A stretch of 58,873 bases of DNA, filler included, from Sphacelaria rigidula (lineage: Eukaryota), in NCBI GenBank assembly GCA_964200075.2. It is 10 parts of 10 records of this genome, joined end to end, with 100 filler letters (N's around TTAATTAATTAA, not from the genome) between each part and the next. Parts side by side here need not be neighbours in the genome. Positions count along the whole stretch, not along the records: positions 47,180 to 52,976 come from CAXNAA020024396.1; positions 53,077 to 58,873 come from CAXNAA020024397.1; 8 more parts are not named here. One strand, written 5' to 3'. Positions 51,228 through 58,873 of this stretch are shown piece after piece; position 1 is the first letter of the stretch; every line of letters begins with the position of its first letter. The position numbers and the translations under genes were made by a program. The notes under the pieces were generated by a model. The model saw only the letters and a list, made by a program, of their open reading frames with translations, did not search any database and had not been told where the DNA came from.

Positions 51228-53415
51228 AGTGGAGAGATACAGATCGTGCGGAAGCTAGTCTACACATATGTTGATATGATGGGGTGAATGTTTTTGTTCT
51301 CTGGTGCGGAGGGCCCTCCCGCCATATTTCGTTTTCCAAGCTTCTCGCAAATCCTCGCTGTGGACCTGCGTTCAATCGTCTGTGCCTCATACCGCTGTTT
51401 CCTGCTGCCTCTGCGTCACTTTGCAGAACAATTTGATGAGTTTTGACTGTGTTTGAGGTAACGCTGCAGTCCTTTTGTAGTATACTACCTTGTGTCAAGG
51501 ATAGAACTGATACCCACGGTACCATCTGTTGGACCTGTGCTTTGTAGGGGAGGATATAGACGCTGAATCTGCAGTAGAGTGTTTACACGCTACCATAATT
51601 TCACGTATTAGTAACTGTTTTCAGTTTTGATGTTGCTCAGTATCCTTGCTCTTGCCCCTGTATAAGAACGTAGGCCATGTGACCACCACAAAAAAATATT
51701 ACAGGTCTCGAGGTATTGTAGCAGCTGACATCCAAGTTTTTTCTAGTGGAGACCTTTGGATCATGTCTTTTCGCATCACAGAGCCAGAGTGGAAGAACTT
51801 CAGAGTGGAAGCTTTTGTAAGTTCAGAGTGGACGCTGAAGAGTTCATAGCGGAAGCTGACGTGACGTGGCTTGACGTGGATTTTGTTTTCGCGGTGATTG
51901 GCCGCAGATTGCCCCGCAAAATGTGCGATCGACCAGCGTCCAGTTCGAAAATGCATAGGTAAGCACAGCACTGACTGTACAAAAACAATAGTGCGTTTGT
52001 GCTGTACCGTACGCTGCGGCACCGTGCCGTACCGTACACAACGGTCCACTGCACTTGAAGTTCATTACACTATGGTACACTACAGGGCACTGCAGTGTTG
52101 TAGTGCTGTGCAGAATAGAGTACAGACAGAGCCGTTCAGACAGTGCAATGCAGAACCCTACAACAGTACATTGCCGGACGGTGAAGTATAGCGATACCGT
52201 GCAGACAGACAGGTCGCATTGCAATGATTTTCCCACATGCCACCCATAATGGTGGTGGAAGAAATCTCTAACGGAATGGCAATGTGGCCAGGTGTAGTAC
52301 TGCTTGTGCGCTGTAGACTACAAGTCGTTCACGCCGTCTTCAGGCTGAGGCTGGCAAGAGTGAGGAGCTGCACCCAATGTAATGCTTCGTACCCGCCGAG
52401 AATTTCAATTTTACGCAACACAGCAACGCGAATGCTGATACCATGGCGGCATCAGGGAGGTCCTCTGACTGCGATGCCAAGCGTTGCTACTTCGTGAGTG
52501 GTCGATTGCGGTGGCGTAACAGTTGTGATCGGTGTCTTTTTTCCATGTTAGGGTATTTTGATTGCGAACTGGCTGTGACCGTGGTGGTGGGTCTTCTTTG
52601 TTCCGCTATGAAGCTTGAAGAGGCACATCGGTTTTCAGAGTGGAGTGCTCCAACCCGGACTTTCAGGCCACTTCTTGAGTGTCACAAAATAAATCCTGTT
52701 AAAAAGTGCCCTTGTGGCCCTTCTCCGTCGTTTTTCGCCCAAAAAATGGACTAGGCGGTTGGAAACACCTTGGAGTGACTTGCTCTACTCGCCGAGACCG
52801 TCCAAGAGCACCTTCGCGTTTCCGGTAGGTCACAATTTCGTTTTTGGCAAAACTTGCATTTTCAATAACAAACGGTCAAGTTATCAAAACAATGCACGGT
52901 TAGGACAAATCATCACGACTCAAAATCACCAAATTCACGATTTCTTCTGACTGATTTCCCGAAAGGGAGGAAAAAGNNNNNNNNNNNNNNNNNNNNNNNN
53001 NNNNNNNNNNNNNNNNNNNNTTAATTAATTAANNNNNNNNNNNNNNNNNNNNNNNNNNNNNNNNNNNNNNNNNNNNTCAACTGTCGAACGACCAGGGCAA
53101 GCAACAAATGCGTACGCCGCCCCCCCCCCCCCGGCAACCCTTGCCACCCAGTCGGAAGGCTGTGACTCTGTGGAAAGTTGGAAAAAAGGTCTGTGGATTG
53201 CCATTTTACGGCTCTAGCCGCCTCTCGTCGTTTGAAAGCAACATGAGCCAAAATGATTCAGCCGTCGACGCTGGAAAACATGTCTCGCGGAATAGTAACG
53301 CCCCTGCCGTTCGCGGCATCCCTCCCCCCTGTCCCCTTATTTTGTCTACTCCTACACGTGCGCCCTGGCCCCGCACCCCGCGTTGTTGTTGTTGTTGTGG
53401 GAATGAATCAAGCAG

Positions 53416-53775
53416 GTCGTACGACGGACAAAGCTTGTGAGAAGCATCGCTGCCACGCGCGGAGATTCCTTCGACGGTGCTTCCGCCGCCGCGACCACGG
53501 ACGCCTCCCCAGCAAGAAGCAAAGCCGGCCGGGATAGCTTCAGCTCATGCGGAGGCGCGGGTCGGGTCCTGGGCGGGGGTCGAGCAGCGGGGTCGGGCCG
53601 AGTAGTGGCCCGGGTTCCCGCGGATCTCAATTGCATCAACCCGTTGAAGCCATGCGGGGCGTGTATGGAGTGGTTGAAGAAGATTGCCGAGGTGAACCCG
53701 GACTTCAAGGTTATCACGTTCACGGACTCGGCTTGCGAAGGCGTTTTCATCGAAGATGTGGCGCAGATCGTGTGA
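53416..53775 (+). CDS. Terminal exon of a cytidine-deaminase-like zinc-binding protein
   Basis: CAG acceptor at 53415; NPLKPCGACMEWLKKI carries the PCxxC deaminase motif; ends TGA; the upstream catalytic Glu motif is not on this contig. Confidence 0.75.
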   Translation, partial: VVRRTKLVRSIAATRGDSFDGASAAATTDASPARSKAGRDSFSSCGGAGRVLGGGRAAGSGRVVARVPADLNCINPLKPCGACMEWLKKIAEVNPDFKVITFTDSACEGVFIEDVAQIV

Positions 53776-56181
53776 AGAAACAGTGCGGTGGATTTCGATC
53801 CAGTACTCGTGGTGATGCAGTGGGGATAGGGGGGAAGCGTGAAATGTAGGTGTCGGTATAGTAGAAATGATTGTTTTTTTTGCCGGGGGGGGGGAGGGTT
53901 GTTTTGTGGCATGGCGTTTTGTGCAATTTTGTTTGTACAGTAGATACAGCACCCGGGCGTTTTGGGGTGGTTGTAACTGTGAATATGCATGACTATATAT
54001 AATGCGAGCACAACAGCGGCTCACGTTTTGAAGTACATATCCAGCGCTTGGCAACATCTGTCGGGGTCAGGAACCAAGTAGCTATGCGATGGCACAGGAT
54101 ACCGTCTGTGGTAAGCTGCCCAACATGGCGGGTACAAGTCGAACCGGTTTCTTCCTTTTTGGTATGGATTGGATTGTGTGTGTGGTAACATGTCATCATG
54201 CTTTATGGCAGGAACTGGGTCGTGTGCGTAGTAACACGCTATCGTGCGGTTTTCGTTGAGTTCATGTCGCCGGATTCTCCGAGACGGGGGCGGGGGTGCT
54301 GCGCGCTCCTCTCGGCATGAACTCGGGGCGCAGTGTAGAATAACAGGAGGACGCGATTTTTTTGGGTGCCCTAGTCCCGTGTACACGAATCGAGGCGAAT
54401 TGATGCCGCGTTAGTCTCTGTAGGTCGTGTTTGTTTCTCTCTACGTGGGGATGGACGTTTGATTCGATTGGCCTGGCCCTGACCTGCGCTAGAGTATGTC
54501 ACGCTGCATTATTTTGCGGGTGTGTTGAAGGACCCGAACGGATGCGGCGGCGGCGCGGGGGCGGAGGGTGCATGATAGCTGGGGGTGTACAGGGTGAACA
54601 CAAGATGTGGAAAGTCTACAAAATATATCGGTGGGATGCTGTCGTCGAGCAGTTGTCATACGCGGCATGCTGCAACCATGGGGTTCACTGTGCCTTCGTT
54701 TCCTTCCCTTGTGTGACCAAGAGCAGAGCGCCCGACACTGAATGACGGGTGAACCGAATAGTGAATACCTGTCTATACGCTTTTGGTTCCCAACCTCCGC
54801 AGGCTAGCCAGGGTGATGTCAAGGTTGAAGAGAAACAACCAAGTAACGATTCGCAAACTTGAACTCGTGTGGTCAGCTCGTAGCGACATATTGTTGTTGT
54901 TGTTGTTGTTGTCTTCACATTAAAAGCCGTTCCGATATCGACATATACATATATATATATATATATGACTATTTTCAATCGTTGTACGGTCAACAAATAT
55001 TCAAAGCCATGTTTTTTGGGGTCATTTTTATGAGGATCGGAATGTTTTTTTATTCTGGATTTTCAAGTTTTGGGATATTTTAGGTCGTTCGTTAGTATCC
55101 AAAAGATCAGGAATAACACTGGGCATTGACCTTCCCCCGACATCTTTTCTGGACGAAACATATTTTTCGACGCCGTTTCTTACGAACTCGAGTAAAGTTT
55201 GGTGAGTTTTCCGCCAAGATGGGAGCACCCGCCCGCATGACACTTGCCATCATTCAGTTGATGAACGAAACAGAAGCTGCTGTACGGTTCGTCCTCTACG
55301 GCAGTGTACTTGATATATGTACTACTACCGTAAGCCGTACTTACATGTCAATCAAATACCTCCCCCCCCCCTATCGTAGGATGACACGGAACCTTAAAAA
55401 GCAGTTAAACATTTCGATACAAAGATGTAAATGCATTCTTCGGACGTGATATGTGGCCCTGCTCATTCTAAAAAAAATCCGTCCACAACTTACAAACCCC
55501 CGAGTTTATACCGAAAAATTCCGACCTCCGTTCATTCCCGTACTAAACTGTTGAGTCAGAATCCCCGGTCAACACAGGATAAAGCACGTTGCGGGTTGAT
55601 TTTTTTAGCAGTATGAACGAGGCCACACATTACGGCCGGATATAGTGCATTTTCATTTCATTTTAGAGAATATTTCGATGCTTGCTAAGGTCTCCAAGAT
55701 TCACCCTCAATAACCCCTCTTCCCCATCATTTAGTAAAATCCCGTGCTTTATTTGGCTTGCAGCTGTGTATACATTGCGTGCTGCAACTGGCGAATGGTA
55801 CCAGCGTAGCCGCCTAGGCGCGGCGGCTGCCGCCGTCGAATCTACTTCCCCAACGGCTATTAGATACTACAATACTTTCAAGTTTCTTTAGATGTAATGT
55901 TACAGCTCATCACTCATGATTGCCCTGACGTCGTAGCTCGTCAAGAGCGCTGCGCCTGTCTTCGTGGTGATCAACCTGTTTGAAACCAGCTTGATTTATC
56001 ATGCATACACAGCAGAGCGTCTTCCTCTTTAGGAGACAACAACCGTGTCAGGTCGCTTCTCATCATGATGAGCTTATGAGGGGTGCCGCGATAGCCCCCC
56101 CCGAGAAAAGTAGCTGGTTCGAGGAGGCCATATCTACATGCAAATCAAAATGATAGAAGCCTAACATACCGCGCCGCTCGG

Positions 56182-56702
56182 GAGCGATGCTACGGTAGGG
56201 GTGCACAAATATTTTCTGAGGTCAGAATCGTTGGGAGCCCTTCATCTCACCCAAGACGACTTATGAAAGGTATGAGAGTACGCCAGGATCACTATTCCAA
56301 TGTGGAGCATTGCTACGGTAGGGGTGCACTTTTTGCGCGAAATCTTGTCTGATGAGGGGCTCCTAACGATTCTATTAATATATGGACAATAATATGGGTC
56401 AGGTCATCCCCGTTTGCAAATTCAGTCGGGATATCCCCAGCACATTGGAATAGTAATCCTGGTGTACTCTCACATCTTCTCGTAAGTCTTGTTTGGATGA
56501 TATCAAGGGCTCCTAACAATTCTAACCTCGGAAAATATTTGTGCACCCTACCGAAGCATCACTCTGCGCTGCTAGGGATATCCCGAGTGAATTTGCAAAC
56601 GGGGATGCCATAACCCATATTCTTGTGCATCCAGAATCGCTAGGAGCCCCTGAACCAGACAAGATTTTGCGCAAAAAGTGCACCCCTACCGTAGCATTGC
56701 TC
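56182..56702 (+). mobile_element. Sola2-like MITE (outer copy) with TCGG duplication
   Basis: TCGG|GAGCGATGCTACGGTAGGGGTGCAC ... GTGCACCCCTACCGTAGCATTGCTC|TCGG. Confidence 0.88.
56305..56564 (-). mobile_element. Sola2-like MITE (inner copy, opposite orientation)
   Basis: TGTG|GAGCATTGCTACGGTAGGGGTGCAC ... GTGCACCCTACCGAAGCATCACTC|TGCG. Confidence 0.85.
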
Positions 56703-56978
56703 TCGGACTTCCCAGGATTGGCGTAATTTGCGCCAACGTGGCTCCTGTAGGGCGCTATATGAAGTTTGAAAAACCAGCCATAATGCGCTAAATGATGATT
56801 TCCTTCGTAATAGTTTTGGGGCTGGCTTGGGGTGTACTCATGATTATTCATGCCATAGTCATCAGACCATTGAGGGCTGGCTTGGGGGGGGGGGGGGGGG
56901 GAGCGGGCCCCAACTCCCCTCCGAAAAAAAATTGGAGGGAAATATTTAGGGGGAGGTNNNNNNNNACCCCCCCCGCCG

Positions 56979-57017
<39 letters not shown>

Positions 57018-57237
57018 ATCGCGCCATCACTCTCCTCCGAAAAACAATTGTAGGGACATATTTAGGAGGAGGTTCCAGCTCCTTCTGCTGGAAGTAGTGC
57101 TTCTTATGGCGTCCGTTTCTTGAGCAAACAAATCCTGAAATCGGGGTCTTCTTGGAGAGAGGTGCTGCTTCCGCCAATCTCGTCGAGAAGAGCAGGCTGC
57201 GTTCGGAGATATCAAATTTCGTCGGGAAGGGAATGGA

Positions 57238-57300
57238 GAGTGATGCTACCGTAGGGGTGCACAAATATTTTCTGAGGTTAGAATTGTCAAGAGCCCTTAT
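57238..57300 (+). mobile_element. Left end of a Sola2-like MITE
   Basis: GAGTGATGCTACCGTAGGGGTGCACAAATATTTTCTGAGG. Confidence 0.75.
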
Positions 57301-58873
57301 GGGGCGGGGAGTAGTGGGGTTGGATACACCGGTGGCCACTGGGGTGCCTGTAACCTCAAATTTGGACGTTACAGACCTTGTGCAATGTCTGTAACGTCCA
57401 AATTTGAGGCTGCGGGCACCCCAGTGGCCACCCGTGTACTGGCAAGATAGCATGCTTACGAAAACACATTAGTGGTGTCAAAGTCTAATTCGTCCCTCTT
57501 CTTGCCCGGAACCCCCTTGGAACCCCAATATTTGTTGGGTGGCACGAGCGGCTTCCACAAAAACCAAATAGCCGTACTAGATACTACTTCAGATTGTCAC
57601 AATTTTCTGTTGTATGGTCAGTGGTAACTTCTCGACCCCGACCACGATGTACTGACACGAACATACCCTACATACCCAATGTATTTCTATTTCGAATATA
57701 TCTGCTGCTGTTCACCGTCATGATGATACATGGGAAATTGATTTGGCGGATAGAAATCTGTCGCACTGTAACGGCTTAATCTATCGCTGGTTTCTGCCGT
57801 GGCAAGCGAAGCGTGAGAGCGAGAGCGAACAGCCTCGTCAATGAAAGTGAGCGAACTGCCGAAGCGCCGGTTATCCAATGCTCGCTATTATATCTTATGG
57901 CAAGCACGGGGGAGAAGTAAGGTGATTCCTCTCAACCACTATGGCTCATTCGGAGAAAGGGGGGATTGCGAGCACGAAAGGGTAACAAACACGCCACCTA
58001 ACACCTTGCTCGATTGGTTGGGACACGACCCTGGGAAAATTGAATGTCTAACACGGTGACATGCTAGTATCATATCAAGCCATTATGACCTAGGACACAG
58101 AACCATTAAGTTAGTCACAGTTCTGGGATGTGTGTGCGGCGGAGAACCGAAGGAGGTCCTGGTATCCAACCCGATCTTGAAACAAACGCGTCGGTCGCAG
58201 GTCTGAGCGATGGAGATTCGATATGGGTTTGATGTGGATACTTGCCCCATCAAAAGGGAATGTATGACATACAGATGTCATACCCGTTGGCCCCATCCAG
58301 TCGTTTCATACTGTACGTAGGGTGGAAGAAGTCCGTGATATAGCGTGGGGGGCGTGGGCGCTGGAGCAGCCGTCATAGAAGGTAACTCATATGACAACAC
58401 ATGCGCATGACTTTCCAAGATCCTCGTACTTTACAGTAGCTCTTCGAGTCAGTACACAGATACTTGTTACTGGACATTGCGCTGTAGATGCATGCCTTGG
58501 CCGGTACATGCTGCGCGGTCTTCACTCTACCAACAGTACCGGGAGCGAGTTATCCAGTCATGCCCAAACGTTACCTCATGATGTGTTGCTGAGGATACAG
58601 GATCCTTGCCGGACACAGCTCAATCAATGTCATCACCCGAAAAACAGGCGAGTTCTATAATCAACAAAGCGATCGTGCATGCCCGTGATGGCGATCCGTC
58701 CGTATCTGCAGGTCGACAGTCTGACACGTACCCAACATGAGGAGGCGTTTTTGGAGTGCATGCTAGCCTGTGACCTCGGAAGGCGTCCGCATCAGATGCC
58801 CAGTATGAATGTACCACGGTTAGGACAAATCATCACGACTCAAAATCACCAAATTCACGATTTCGTCGGCCTG

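Noticed and set aside
51704..51958. Possible exon with an internal short duplication
   Set aside because: A frameshift is needed and no family is recognisable.
31697..53775. Kinase, FNIP and deaminase genes as a defence-like cluster
   Set aside because: They lie on different, artificially joined contigs.

Overview
This is not one contiguous locus. It is ten unrelated contigs of 5797-5798 bp, apparently sorted by length, joined by identical 100-bp N44-TTAATTAATTAA-N44 linkers, so nothing can be inferred from adjacency across a linker. The DNA is eukaryotic, intron-rich and repeat-rich; a brown alga or related stramenopile is my inference. Partial spliced genes: a carbonyl-reductase-type SDR with a probable GC-AG intron, a NIMA/NEK kinase, an ARM-like protein, an FNIP-repeat protein, the last exon of a cytidine-deaminase-like protein, and a Gly/Ser-rich unknown. 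Mobile DNA dominates: a decayed LINE, a gag-protease-only Ty1/copia, two tRNA-derived SINE-like families and several MITE families (piggyBac-, Sola-, Harbinger- and mariner-like). I found no convincing new multi-gene system. The most interesting signals are nested insertions with readable target-site duplications, one SINE position hit by two different elements, and a ~1.27-kb fold-back next to the reductase exons.
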